Source: an uncultured Algimonas sp.
GTDB taxonomy: Bacteria > Pseudomonadota > Alphaproteobacteria > Caulobacterales > Maricaulaceae
Length of the DNA stretch: 64,000 nt
NCBI GenBank assembly: GCA_937923575.1
Contig: CALDUL010000029.1
Coordinates: forward strand, 12,995-76,994
Direction of reading: 5' to 3'
In this document: piece after piece, positions 9,527-18,640 of the stretch
How positions within the stretch are numbered: the stretch's first letter is position 1
Layout: each line of letters starts with the position of its first letter
Program-made: the position numbers and the translations under genes
Notes under the pieces: model-generated
Seen by the model: the letters and a program-made list of their open reading frames with translations, nothing else
Database searches by the model: none
Told to the model about the DNA's origin: nothing

Positions 9527-9542
9527 ATGACAGCGGTGTCAT
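9527..9542. promoter_or_regulatory. LacI-family operator-like palindrome ATGACAGCGGTGTCAT
   Basis: Near-perfect 16-bp palindrome with central CG, about 40 bp upstream of the first gene of the sugar operon. Confidence 0.7.
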
Positions 9543-9565
9543 TTGGTCCGGGGCAACCCCGACTG

Positions 9566-11236
9566 TCAAGCCTTCGACTGTCCCTTCCTGCGCCGTTCTT
9601 CCATCGCCGACACGATTGGCGCCGACCCAGCGCGTGCTGCAGCATCAAGATGCGGTGACGCTTGCCAGAACTCGAAGGTTTCCAGAGCGTGCCTTAAATA
9701 GTCCGGATCGCCTTTGCTGATGCGGTCAAGCAATTCGCAAGCCTCTTCGATTTTTCCGAGGTGGCCGAGCGCGGCAAGCTTCAGGAAGAGCAAGCCCAAC
9801 GCCGTGTCTTGATCAATTGAATCGATGGCGTCGTCCACATAGTCGAACTCGCCCTGCGCAACTTTCAGCGCGAGCGGCGCGATGTCGAACCAGGGCGGAG
9901 GGTTGCCGACGAGATTGCGGGCCGATTCGCTCAAGGCCTTCGATGTATCAATGCGGCCGAGGAAGGCCTCCGTCACCGCGAAGTAAGCCAGGATCAGATA
10001 GTCGTTCGGATTGAGCGCCAGCGTGCGCTCCGCCATTCGGTCGGCTTTGTCGATCTCCCCGTCGTGGTAGAGCGCCTGGAACCGCGCAAAATATCCGAGC
10101 GCATTCTGCGGGTCGACTTGCGTCGCCTGGGACGCCAACGACAATGCGGCATCCAGATTGATGCGCCGGTCGCCATGCGGAACGCATTGCGTACAGAGAT
10201 AGACGTGGAGCAACGCGCGGATGGCGTAGCCGGTCGAAAAATTATCGTACTCCTCCGTCAGCTGCCGCACATCCTCGAGCAGCTGTTTCGCCTGTTCGAG
10301 GTTAGGCGACATCCCCATATCGTAGAAGCGAAGGACAGCCTCATAGGCTGGGACGGAATTGCGACGACCCGCGTAGGCGCGGCGATTGAAGCGATTTATC
10401 TGCCCAAAGGGCGCGGCGATCAGAGCGACGACATGGCTGGCGATACTCTCCTGAAGATCGAAAACGTGATCAGCTGTGTATGTCCGGTCGAACGTCTGCC
10501 CAAAGAGGACCTGCCCGGTCTCCGCCACGATCAGATTGACGACGACGCGAAAGAGGTCCCCCGCGCGCCGGATAGAGCCGGATAGAATAAAATCCGCATC
10601 GTATTTTTCAGCCACATCCTTGGTGCTGATCCCCTTTGACGTCGAGGACACCGTCGGACGAATGGCAACCACTCGGATGTGGCGAAATTGCACGAGGGCG
10701 GACACGATCTCCGCGGTAAGCCCTTCGGCAAAGAAGTCCGTGTCTTTCACTTCCGACAGATTATCCAAGGTGATGACCGCCAAGCCGGGCCGCAGCTTTC
10801 GCGCTTTGGGCGATTCGATCAGCTGCAGGATCTTGGCTGTTTCGGGTTCGGGCGTGTTGTTGCGGAACTCAAAGCTCGGCGCATATCGCCCCTTCGGGAT
10901 CGTCAGGCGTATAGGATCGTCCTGCCCGGCCCCGCTGTAGTAAAGATCAAGACGGCGGCGAAGCTGTCCTGCCTGAACGCGCACGATCGTGTCGCCTTGC
11001 GGATCGAAGTCCTCCGGCCGGTCGAAGACCTCCAGACCGATGGTGTAACCCTTAAGGCGACTCGCTCGGCCCGCCAAAGCCTCTAGGGTAACGTAGCGCA
11101 GGAAGCGCTTCATCCGGGTCGTTTCTGAAAATAGTCTATCGGCGAGGATACGTTCAAGCTGCGCGAGAACCGCTTGCTTATCGTCCTCGCTCATCACGGG
11201 AGCGACGGCCTTGGTTGCGGCTGACTTCTTCGCCAT
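9566..11236 (-). CDS. Winged-helix-like N-domain + TolB-like + TPR protein (often labelled adenylate cyclase-like)
   Basis: FLRYV..LKGYTIGLEVF..FDP..DTIVRVQA..LRRRL N-domain; FFAEGLTAEI TolB-like segment; helical TPRs (LNPND). Start moved to ATG 11236, which has an AAAGGG RBS. Confidence 0.75.
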   Translation of the reverse strand: MAKKSAATKAVAPVMSEDDKQAVLAQLERILADRLFSETTRMKRFLRYVTLEALAGRASRLKGYTIGLEVFDRPEDFDPQGDTIVRVQAGQLRRRLDLYYSGAGQDDPIRLTIPKGRYAPSFEFRNNTPEPETAKILQLIESPKARKLRPGLAVITLDNLSEVKDTDFFAEGLTAEIVSALVQFRHIRVVAIRPTVSSTSKGISTKDVAEKYDADFILSGSIRRAGDLFRVVVNLIVAETGQVLFGQTFDRTYTADHVFDLQESIASHVVALIAAPFGQINRFNRRAYAGRRNSVPAYEAVLRFYDMGMSPNLEQAKQLLEDVRQLTEEYDNFSTGYAIRALLHVYLCTQCVPHGDRRINLDAALSLASQATQVDPQNALGYFARFQALYHDGEIDKADRMAERTLALNPNDYLILAYFAVTEAFLGRIDTSKALSESARNLVGNPPPWFDIAPLALKVAQGEFDYVDDAIDSIDQDTALGLLFLKLAALGHLGKIEEACELLDRISKGDPDYLRHALETFEFWQASPHLDAAARAGSAPIVSAMEERRRKGQSKA

Positions 11237-11366
11237 TGCGCCCTTTCTATCCAACGGCATGTTGTTAACGGCTGTGCTCCCGGGTGCAATGATAGACTTA
11301 CGGATATGGTCAGATCGTGCGAGAATGTTGCGATACCAAGAGAAGTGGCGCGCAAAGGCGGACCCG

Positions 11367-11834
11367 ATGACCAGATTTTTCCTCTCATTACTCCTCGCCG
11401 CACCGCTGTTGACCGCGTGTGCTTCAACACCTGACCCGGCGAAGGTGTGTACAGCCGAATGGATCGCCCCACGCGCCGAGCGTGCAGCCGATCGTTTGGA
11501 GGACAAAACCGCCAAAGCGTTCCGCGCTTTACGCAAGGTCGGCGCGCAATGGGTATCGGGAGACAAGCCAGGTACATTGTCCCTGCTGAGCCTGCGCGGC
11601 GCGGTGCGCGATCTGGAAGATGAGCTAAAGGACGGCCGCGGCGTGCGGGATCTGCGGACGCTGGCTCAGACTTGCAACGACCCGGAGCTCGTCCGCACTG
11701 AGGTCACAAAAGTTCTCGAGCGACAGGAGATACCCGCGCCAGTCCTCAATTTCCTGCGCGGGAGCAGTCTGCTCGACCGTCTGATAGAGCTTGCCGAAGG
11801 CACGAAGGCCGACACAGCGAAGCCTGTGCGCTAG
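11367..11834 (+). CDS. Hypothetical lipoprotein
   Basis: MTRFFLSLLLAAPLLTAC signal/lipobox; helical body with a Cys pair. Confidence 0.7.
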   Translation: MTRFFLSLLLAAPLLTACASTPDPAKVCTAEWIAPRAERAADRLEDKTAKAFRALRKVGAQWVSGDKPGTLSLLSLRGAVRDLEDELKDGRGVRDLRTLAQTCNDPELVRTEVTKVLERQEIPAPVLNFLRGSSLLDRLIELAEGTKADTAKPVR

Positions 11835-11837
11835 CTC

Positions 11838-12746
11838 ATGTTCCGCGTTGCCGCTCTCTATAAATTCGTCTCGCTGAACGACACTGACGCCATGCGCACA
11901 CGCTTGCTCGCGGAGGGCGGGCGCTTGGGCATCAAGGGAACGCTATTGCTCGCGACCGAAGGTATAAACGGCACGATCGCCGCAGAGCCGGACGCGTTGG
12001 ACAACATGTTGGACTTGCTTCGATCCGACCCGCGCTTGGCCGAGTTAGACATTAAATACAGCGAGGCGGATACGCAGCCCTTCTTGCGCTGGAAGGTCCG
12101 GCTGAAGCGAGAGATCGTCACGCTCGGTGTCGATAGCGTCGATCCGACACAGACCGTCGGGACCTATGTGTCGCCTGACGATTGGAATGACGTCATTTCA
12201 GATCCCGACACCGTGCTAATCGATACACGCAATGATTATGAGGTCGAGCTCGGTACGTTCCGCGGCGCAATCGATCCAAAGACCGATAGCTTTCGCGATT
12301 TTCCCGCCTGGTTCGAGGCCAACCGTGCTCAGCTTGAGGGTAAGCGCGTGGCCATGTTCTGCACGGGCGGGATCCGCTGCGAAAAGGCCTCATCCCTGCT
12401 GCTGGGCGAAGGTGTGCCGGAGGTCATGCACCTGAAAGGCGGCATCCTGAAATATCTCGAGACGCAGGCGAAGGACAGCTCGCTCTGGGACGGCGACTGT
12501 TTCGTTTTCGACAACCGCGTGGCGGTCGGACATGGTCTTGCCCAAACCGACTGGGACCTATGCCACGGCTGCCGCATGCCCGTGTCTCCCGCCGACAAGT
12601 TCGACCCCAAATATGAGGCGGGAATCGCCTGTCCGCGCTGCGCCGACACCGAGCGCGACCGCGAACGCTATGCCGAGCGACAGCGGCAGATGCAGCTCGC
12701 CAAAGCCCGTGGTGAGGCGCATCTCGCGCGCAAGGTCGAACGTTAA
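11838..12746 (+). CDS. trhO: Rhodanese-related tRNA uridine(34) hydroxylase (YceA/TrhO)
   Basis: EGINGT, DTRNDYE, MFCTGGIRCEK, LKGGILKY, CFVFD motifs. Confidence 0.9.
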   Translation: MFRVAALYKFVSLNDTDAMRTRLLAEGGRLGIKGTLLLATEGINGTIAAEPDALDNMLDLLRSDPRLAELDIKYSEADTQPFLRWKVRLKREIVTLGVDSVDPTQTVGTYVSPDDWNDVISDPDTVLIDTRNDYEVELGTFRGAIDPKTDSFRDFPAWFEANRAQLEGKRVAMFCTGGIRCEKASSLLLGEGVPEVMHLKGGILKYLETQAKDSSLWDGDCFVFDNRVAVGHGLAQTDWDLCHGCRMPVSPADKFDPKYEAGIACPRCADTERDRERYAERQRQMQLAKARGEAHLARKVER

Positions 12747-12902
12747 TATCCCCAGCTAGACCACGGCATTTGCAGCGTTTTGTGGATAGGCCGCCCAAAT
12801 CCACCACTGCGGCGCAACGGTTATCCACCCTCGTGAACCGCGCCCGGCTTGCCAGTTCCGCCTGACGTCCTACCGTCAGGACAAGGATTCGCAGGACGTG
12901 AC

Positions 12903-13436
12903 ATGGCACTTGCCGACGACAGATTTGTAAGGCCCGCACCGCGTCTCGGCGCGCTTGCCGCGCTGCGCGACAACCCTGTCGACGCCTTCGTCCGCATTGC
13001 GATTGCCGAAGGCTATGACCACGAACGCATGTCACCCAATGAGTTGCATATCGATCTACGCGGTCATTTCTGCGACTACGATCTGTCTCTCGCCTGGTCT
13101 CCGGCCGACGAAACGTTATCAGTCTTCATCCTGTTCGAAGGCCGCGTGCCGGGTGGACGGTCGGACGCCATCTGCCGTTTGCTCTCGCTGCTGAACGAAA
13201 GGCTGTCCGTCGGTCACTTCGACTACTGGGCCCGGAACGGCGGCCTGGTCTATCGCCATTCCGTCTCGCTGAAGGGCGGAGCGTCGCTATCGACGGACCA
13301 GGCGCTTGACCTCATGGGTCACGCAATGGACGCCGCCGAGCAGGGTTACCCGGCCGCACAATATGTCGTCTGGGCCGGCCGCTCACCGGAAGACGCTCTC
13401 GCCGAAGCGCTTGTGGACCTCGCCGCGCGCCAGTAA
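12903..13436 (+). CDS. YbjN domain protein
   Basis: LNERLSVGHFD motif, PAAQYVVWAG C-terminus, position upstream of proC; start at ATG 12903. Confidence 0.75.
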   Translation: MALADDRFVRPAPRLGALAALRDNPVDAFVRIAIAEGYDHERMSPNELHIDLRGHFCDYDLSLAWSPADETLSVFILFEGRVPGGRSDAICRLLSLLNERLSVGHFDYWARNGGLVYRHSVSLKGGASLSTDQALDLMGHAMDAAEQGYPAAQYVVWAGRSPEDALAEALVDLAARQ

Positions 13437-13446
13437 CAGCGCACAT

Positions 13447-14256
13447 ATGGCGCTTACACATCTAATCATCGGTGCTGGCAATATGGGTGGAGCCCTGTTG
13501 GCTGGCTGGCTCGGCGACGGACTCGTCAATCGACGCAATATCGCAATTCTCGATCCACGCCCCGGCGCGGATGCCGTCTACGCCATCGAACGCGGCGCGA
13601 AGCATCTGTCCGACTCAAGCCAGATTCCTAAATCCATCAAAGTCGCACTGCTCGCCATTAAGCCACAGATGTTCGCCGACATGCGGGAAACGTTGGGCGA
13701 AAGCCTACCCAAAGGCGCGACGCTGATCTCCATCATGGCGGGAATTTCGCTGTCTGACTTGCAGGCCTGCGCGCCACAATGCGAGGCCGTTCGCGCCATG
13801 CCCAATACCCCGGCCTCCATCGGCCGGGGAATAACGGCCTATGTCGCGGATGCCGACACTCAAGCTGACACCATCGCCAATGCCGAAGCGCTGCTCGGCG
13901 CCTGTGGCGAGGTGGTGCGGGTCGACACCGATGACCTCATCAATGCCGTCACGGCCATATCCGGCTCCGGTCCGGCTTATCTCTTCTATCTCTGCGAAGC
14001 GCTCGCCAGCGCCGGCGCCGCCATCGGACTGTCGGCTGAGACGGCGGACAGGCTCGCCCGGCAGACCGTCGTGGGGGCCAGCGCCCTGCTCGATGCGTCG
14101 GACCGTACGCCCGGTGCCTTGCGCGAAGCCGTCACGTCTCCCGGCGGCACAACCCAGGCCGCGCTCGACGTGTTGATGGGCGAGGACGGCATGGCGCAAC
14201 TCATGCGACGCGCCGCCAAAGCAGCGCTTGACCGATCGAGAGAATTGTCGCGCTAG
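13447..14256 (+). CDS. proC: Pyrroline-5-carboxylate reductase
   Basis: IIGAGNMG, RAMPNTP, SGSGPAY, VTSPGGTT. Confidence 0.95.
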   Translation: MALTHLIIGAGNMGGALLAGWLGDGLVNRRNIAILDPRPGADAVYAIERGAKHLSDSSQIPKSIKVALLAIKPQMFADMRETLGESLPKGATLISIMAGISLSDLQACAPQCEAVRAMPNTPASIGRGITAYVADADTQADTIANAEALLGACGEVVRVDTDDLINAVTAISGSGPAYLFYLCEALASAGAAIGLSAETADRLARQTVVGASALLDASDRTPGALREAVTSPGGTTQAALDVLMGEDGMAQLMRRAAKAALDRSRELSR

Positions 14257-15567
14257 CTAAAGCGGCAGCGTAATCGTCACGCGCAGCCCCCCCGCTGGGC
14301 TGTCGTCCAGTTTCAGCCGCCCGCCATGCGTCTGCGCAATGTCGCGCGCGATGGATAGGCCAAGCCCCGTCCCCTCGATGTTCTGAGAGCGCGCCGTATC
14401 GAGCCGGGAGAATGGCCTTAGCACCTCCGCACGCTGATCAGCGGGAATTCCCTCACCCGCGTCGTCGACGTGAATTTCCAAATGCGTCTCGGATTGCTCT
14501 AATGACAGCGACGGCTCTCGCGCATATTTCTTGGCGTTACCGATCAGGTTGATCACCGCACGGCGTATCTGCTGCGGTCTCGCGTCGATGATCGCCGCTC
14601 CGTCCGCCTGTATGGGGATGTCTTCAGTGGCAGCGATGTCGCGGAGCAATTCAGCGATGTCGACCTCCGTGACCTCGCCCTCACCGGCGCCGCGGGCGAA
14701 ATCGAGATAGGCCGACAGCATCGCTTCCATCTCGTCCAGATCGCGGCGCGCCTCTGAGATATCCTCCGGCGTCTCCGCCATGGAAAGCGCGAGCTTGAGC
14801 CGCGTCAATGGTGTGCGCAGGTCGTGACTGACCCCAGCAAGCATAAGCGTGCGCTGATCGAGATGACGCCCTATACGCTGCCGCATTTTCAGAAAGCTCT
14901 GCCCCGCTCGCCGGACTTCCGCCGCGCCGTGCGGGCGATAGTCGCTCGTGTCCTGCCCCTTACCGAAAGCGTCGGCAGCGTCAGCCAGATCGCGAATGGG
15001 CAGCGACTGCCGCCGGATGAAGACGATCGACACCATGGACAACAGCACGGAGGCCGTCACCAGCCAGAAGATGAAGACGAAGCCTGTCGGCGCAAAGGCC
15101 CGATCCCGCGCCGCGTAGAACTGCAGCACACCCGCATCGACCTGAACGCGGATGTCGATATGGTTGGGATAGCGCGTCGTGTCGAACCAGACCGGCTGTT
15201 CCACAGCGTTACTCAAAGCGCGGCGCAAAGACTTGTCGAGCACACGCCAGGGGTTTCGCCGCCGCGTGACGGGCAGGCTGCCACCGGGCTTCAGCCGAAC
15301 GGAAAGCTGCATCTCGGGCCGCAGAAGCGCGTCGAGCTCCTCCGCCTTGGCCTCCGTCGGATCGCGCTCGAAGAGTTCCGTCGCAACCGCCACATCGGCC
15401 GCCACCGACTGCGTCAGGTTCGACGTGACTGTGGCCCAATGCGCGTTGAAGAAGAAATAGGCGACGATCATCTGCATCACCGCAATCGGCAGCACGACGA
15501 TCAGAACGGATCGCCAGAAGATCGATTTCGGCAAATAGCGCCGCGAAGCCGACTTCAGCAGACCCAC
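14257..15567 (-). CDS. EnvZ-like sensor histidine kinase
   Basis: 2 TMs, HAMP, SHDLRTPL H-box, GTGLGLSI G2 box. Confidence 0.92.
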   Translation of the reverse strand: MGLLKSASRRYLPKSIFWRSVLIVVLPIAVMQMIVAYFFFNAHWATVTSNLTQSVAADVAVATELFERDPTEAKAEELDALLRPEMQLSVRLKPGGSLPVTRRRNPWRVLDKSLRRALSNAVEQPVWFDTTRYPNHIDIRVQVDAGVLQFYAARDRAFAPTGFVFIFWLVTASVLLSMVSIVFIRRQSLPIRDLADAADAFGKGQDTSDYRPHGAAEVRRAGQSFLKMRQRIGRHLDQRTLMLAGVSHDLRTPLTRLKLALSMAETPEDISEARRDLDEMEAMLSAYLDFARGAGEGEVTEVDIAELLRDIAATEDIPIQADGAAIIDARPQQIRRAVINLIGNAKKYAREPSLSLEQSETHLEIHVDDAGEGIPADQRAEVLRPFSRLDTARSQNIEGTGLGLSIARDIAQTHGGRLKLDDSPAGGLRVTITLPL

Positions 15568-16271
15568 TAAAGCGGCCGCGCCACCAGACGGTAGCCCTTG
15601 CCCCGCACAGTCAGCAGAAACTCCGGCTGCGACGGGTTCTCTTCCAGCTTTCGACGCAGCCGGGTCATCTGCACGTCCACGGCGCGCTCACTGTCTCCAT
15701 TGACGTTTTCCGACAGCACATAGCGGGACACAGCCCCACCACCTTGGCGCACCAGCAGGTCCAGCAGCGTCACCTCACCCGTCGTTAACCGTACAGTCTC
15801 CCCGTCCTTCTTCAGGACCCGCGCTTCCAGATCATAGACAAACGGACCAAAGCCGACCTGCTCTGAGAGCGCCTTGCGGCCTGTGCGGCGAAAGATTGCG
15901 TCGATGCGCAGGAGCAGCTCCTCCGGCTCGAACGGCTTGGCGAGATAGTCATCTGCGCCTGCCTTCAGCCCTCGGATTCGCGCCTGAGGATCGCCAAGCG
16001 CGGTCAGCAAAATGATCGGGATGTCGCGGTGCTCGCGCAGGCTGGCTGTGAGCTCCACCCCGCTTTCACCTGGCATCATGACGTCGAGAACGAGCAGATC
16101 ATACTCGAGGCTTTCCATCTTCGCGCGCGCGTCCGCTGCATCGCGCGCCGATGACACTCGGTAGCCTTCGCGCACCAGATAGCGCGAGAGCAGATCGCGA
16201 ATGCGGTCATCGTCATCGACAACCAGCACGTGGGTGTCACGACGGTCCAGATATGTGGCTTGCTGTTCCAA
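15567..16271 (-). CDS. OmpR/PetR-family response regulator
   Basis: VVDDD, LDVMMPG, GADDYLAKPF, C-terminal TVRGKGY; TTG start. Confidence 0.93.
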   Translation of the reverse strand: MEQQATYLDRRDTHVLVVDDDDRIRDLLSRYLVREGYRVSSARDAADARAKMESLEYDLLVLDVMMPGESGVELTASLREHRDIPIILLTALGDPQARIRGLKAGADDYLAKPFEPEELLLRIDAIFRRTGRKALSEQVGFGPFVYDLEARVLKKDGETVRLTTGEVTLLDLLVRQGGGAVSRYVLSENVNGDSERAVDVQMTRLRRKLEENPSQPEFLLTVRGKGYRLVARPL

Positions 16272-16334
16272 TTATCTCTCCTGTGAAACCTTATGAAGGT
16301 TGACTTGCCGCCCGCCTAGGAAAGAATAGGCCAC

Positions 16335-17252
16335 ATGTTGGAAAGCCCCTATCACGACCGCGACGGCCACATCTGGATCGACGGTGAATTCATTCCCTGG
16401 CGCGACGCCAAGGTCCACGTACTCACGCACTCGCTTCACTATGGCTCCGCCGTGTTCGAGGGCAATCGCGCCTATGATGGCGAGGTCTTTCGCCTCGACG
16501 ATCACAGCCAGCGCCTGCTGAACTCCGCACGCTTTGTCGGCTATGAAATCCCCTACACAAAGGAACAGATCAACGACGCCTGCCGCGCGTCGCTGGCCAA
16601 ATCGGGCCTGGACGACGCCTATATGCGCCCGGTCGCATGGCGCGGCTCGGAAATGATGGGTGTGGCGAGCAAGAACAACAAGATCCATCTCGCCATCGCC
16701 TGCTGGCACTGGGGCAGCTATTTCGCCGACAAGATGGCCGGCATCCGGCTGACGATCTCCAAGTGGAAACGCCCCAGCGCGGAGACTATCCCGTGCAAGT
16801 CCAAGGCTGCGGGTCTCTACATGATCTGCACCATGTCCAAGGACGCGGCCGCGGCGGCGGGTTGGGACGATGCGCTGATGTATGACATCAACGGCTATGT
16901 CGCGGAATGCACCGGCGCGCATATCTTCTTCGTGCGCGGGACAGAGCTCCATACGCCGAGAGGCGACGACATTCTCGACGGCATCACGCGCCACACGGTC
17001 AAACAGCTGGCGCAAAAGCGCGGCTACACCGTGGTCGAGCGGCGCATCCATCCTGACGAAATGCCTTTCTTCGACGAATGTTTCGTCGTCGGAACCGCAG
17101 CCGAAGTCACACCCGTGCGAGAGATCGACGGCATTCACTACACACCGGGCGAAGTCTGCAAGACACTTGCCGCAGATTACGATGCATGCGTGCGCGGTGG
17201 TATCGAGATCGAAACTGGTTGGTACGAGGCCGAGGTTGTCCCCTCGATCTAG
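16335..17252 (+). CDS. ilvE: Branched-chain amino acid aminotransferase
   Basis: LHYGSAVFEG, KAAGLY (PLP Lys), LDGITR, GTAAEV. Confidence 0.93.
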   Translation: MLESPYHDRDGHIWIDGEFIPWRDAKVHVLTHSLHYGSAVFEGNRAYDGEVFRLDDHSQRLLNSARFVGYEIPYTKEQINDACRASLAKSGLDDAYMRPVAWRGSEMMGVASKNNKIHLAIACWHWGSYFADKMAGIRLTISKWKRPSAETIPCKSKAAGLYMICTMSKDAAAAAGWDDALMYDINGYVAECTGAHIFFVRGTELHTPRGDDILDGITRHTVKQLAQKRGYTVVERRIHPDEMPFFDECFVVGTAAEVTPVREIDGIHYTPGEVCKTLAADYDACVRGGIEIETGWYEAEVVPSI

Positions 17253-17309
17253 CGCCAGCGCTAAATCCTGTGGCTCCCTCCGAAGGGACGTGGGAGCTCG
17301 AACCCTACT

Positions 17310-17939
17310 CTAGTCTCGGATCGCGTCCCGCAGATAGAGCGACCCGGTATAGACGCTTAGCACCGCCGCGAGCCAAATCAGCGCGAGCCCGATTGCCCTC
17401 GCCCACTCCCGAATGTCCGGAATGACACTGTCGATCGGCAGATAGGCGCGGCTCAACACCCACACCAGCAGTACGCCAATACCAAGGAGCTCGAACGCGG
17501 TCTTCCACTTGGCGAGCTTCGTCGGCGACATGATCTTGCCTGTCAGAGCCGCATGCTCCCGTGCGCCGGAGACGAGGATGTCGCGAAAGATAATCGCGAT
17601 GCCGGGCGCGAGGAACAACCACTCGCCTCTTGCGGCGATCATGAAAGCGATCAGGCAGCCCGCGACCAGAAGCTTATCAGCGATAGGGTCGATCATGCGG
17701 CCAAAGCCTGTCACGACTTTCCAACGCCGGGCAAGAAAGCCGTCCAGCCAGTCGGTAAAACTCGCCAGCACGAAGAGCGGGCCCAGCACGGACAGCCTGC
17801 CAAATGGGCTGCCCCAGCCGAATTCCAGGCTGAGGATGCCGATGATCATCACGGGGATCACCAAGATGCGCGACACGGTCAGCGCATTGGGCAGCCAATA
17901 GAGTGGATGACGCGCGGAAGCGTCCGGAGCGGCGCTCAC
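17310..17939 (-). CDS. pgsA: CDP-diacylglycerol--glycerol-3-phosphate 3-phosphatidyltransferase
   Basis: LPNALT, intact DWLDGFLAR..FGRMIDPIADK motif, AKWKT; lies downstream of uvrC. Confidence 0.88.
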   Translation of the reverse strand: MSAAPDASARHPLYWLPNALTVSRILVIPVMIIGILSLEFGWGSPFGRLSVLGPLFVLASFTDWLDGFLARRWKVVTGFGRMIDPIADKLLVAGCLIAFMIAARGEWLFLAPGIAIIFRDILVSGAREHAALTGKIMSPTKLAKWKTAFELLGIGVLLVWVLSRAYLPIDSVIPDIREWARAIGLALIWLAAVLSVYTGSLYLRDAIRD

Positions 17940-18640
17940 GCTGCGTCGACTTCGCGCTTATGCGTCAGGATCTGAACGCCCGCGATAACGGAGAAGATGG
18001 CTGCGATCCAGAGCGCGACCTCGCCCACGACCCAGACCAGTGGCGAGCCGCCGGCAAGCACTTCCATCACATTGTCCGGCGTTGCGCGGGTCATGTCGAT
18101 CCACTGTGTCAGCCAAGGCGAACCGACCAACAGCGCAGTACCCAGCATGGCAAAACCGCCCTTTGCGCTGGAGTAGAGATTGTCCGGCCAGCCATAGCGC
18201 GAGAGCTCGAAGCCCTTGACCAGACCAACGATGAGTTCTCGCAAGACGAGCACGGCGACGGGAACAAGCCAGGTCCAGCTGACAAGCCCCTCACGGAACA
18301 GAACAATAGCGAGCGCCGTCAGCACACCGACGAACAAGACCGTGTCCGCGATGTCGTCCAAATAGCCATATCGGCGGTACTGGCTGCGCGCGGAACCGCC
18401 GAAGAAATCATCGAAAATATCAGTGAGGGCCGCGACAATGAAGAGGAAGCTCGCGAGTAGCGCGACCTGTAGCTCCGGCCAGCCCCAGATTATCAGCACC
18501 ATGATCACAGGTGTCATGGCGATGCGCAGGAAAGTCAGCGCATCGGCAAAGGCACCGCCCTTGTCCGAATCGCTCAATTCGACCTGTGCATCGGCTTCTG
18601 GCGAATAGCGCGGTGTCGGCTCGTCAGTGGAAGTAGTCAT
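17936..18640 (-). CDS. CDP-alcohol phosphatidyltransferase-family paralog with degenerate motif
   Basis: ADALTFLR, TDIFDDFFG..YGYLDDIAD, LRELIVG; start at ATG 18640 overlaps the uvrC end. Confidence 0.75.
   Translation of the reverse strand: MTTSTDEPTPRYSPEADAQVELSDSDKGGAFADALTFLRIAMTPVIMVLIIWGWPELQVALLASFLFIVAALTDIFDDFFGGSARSQYRRYGYLDDIADTVLFVGVLTALAIVLFREGLVSWTWLVPVAVLVLRELIVGLVKGFELSRYGWPDNLYSSAKGGFAMLGTALLVGSPWLTQWIDMTRATPDNVMEVLAGGSPLVWVVGEVALWIAAIFSVIAGVQILTHKREVDAA

Noticed and set aside
11237-11566. 110-aa N-terminal extension of the 9566-11566 ORF
   Set aside because: Overlaps the divergent lipoprotein gene; a better start with RBS exists at 11236.
12747-12900. Replication origin
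   Set aside because: Only two imperfect DnaA boxes, no AT-rich unwinding region and no origin-associated genes.
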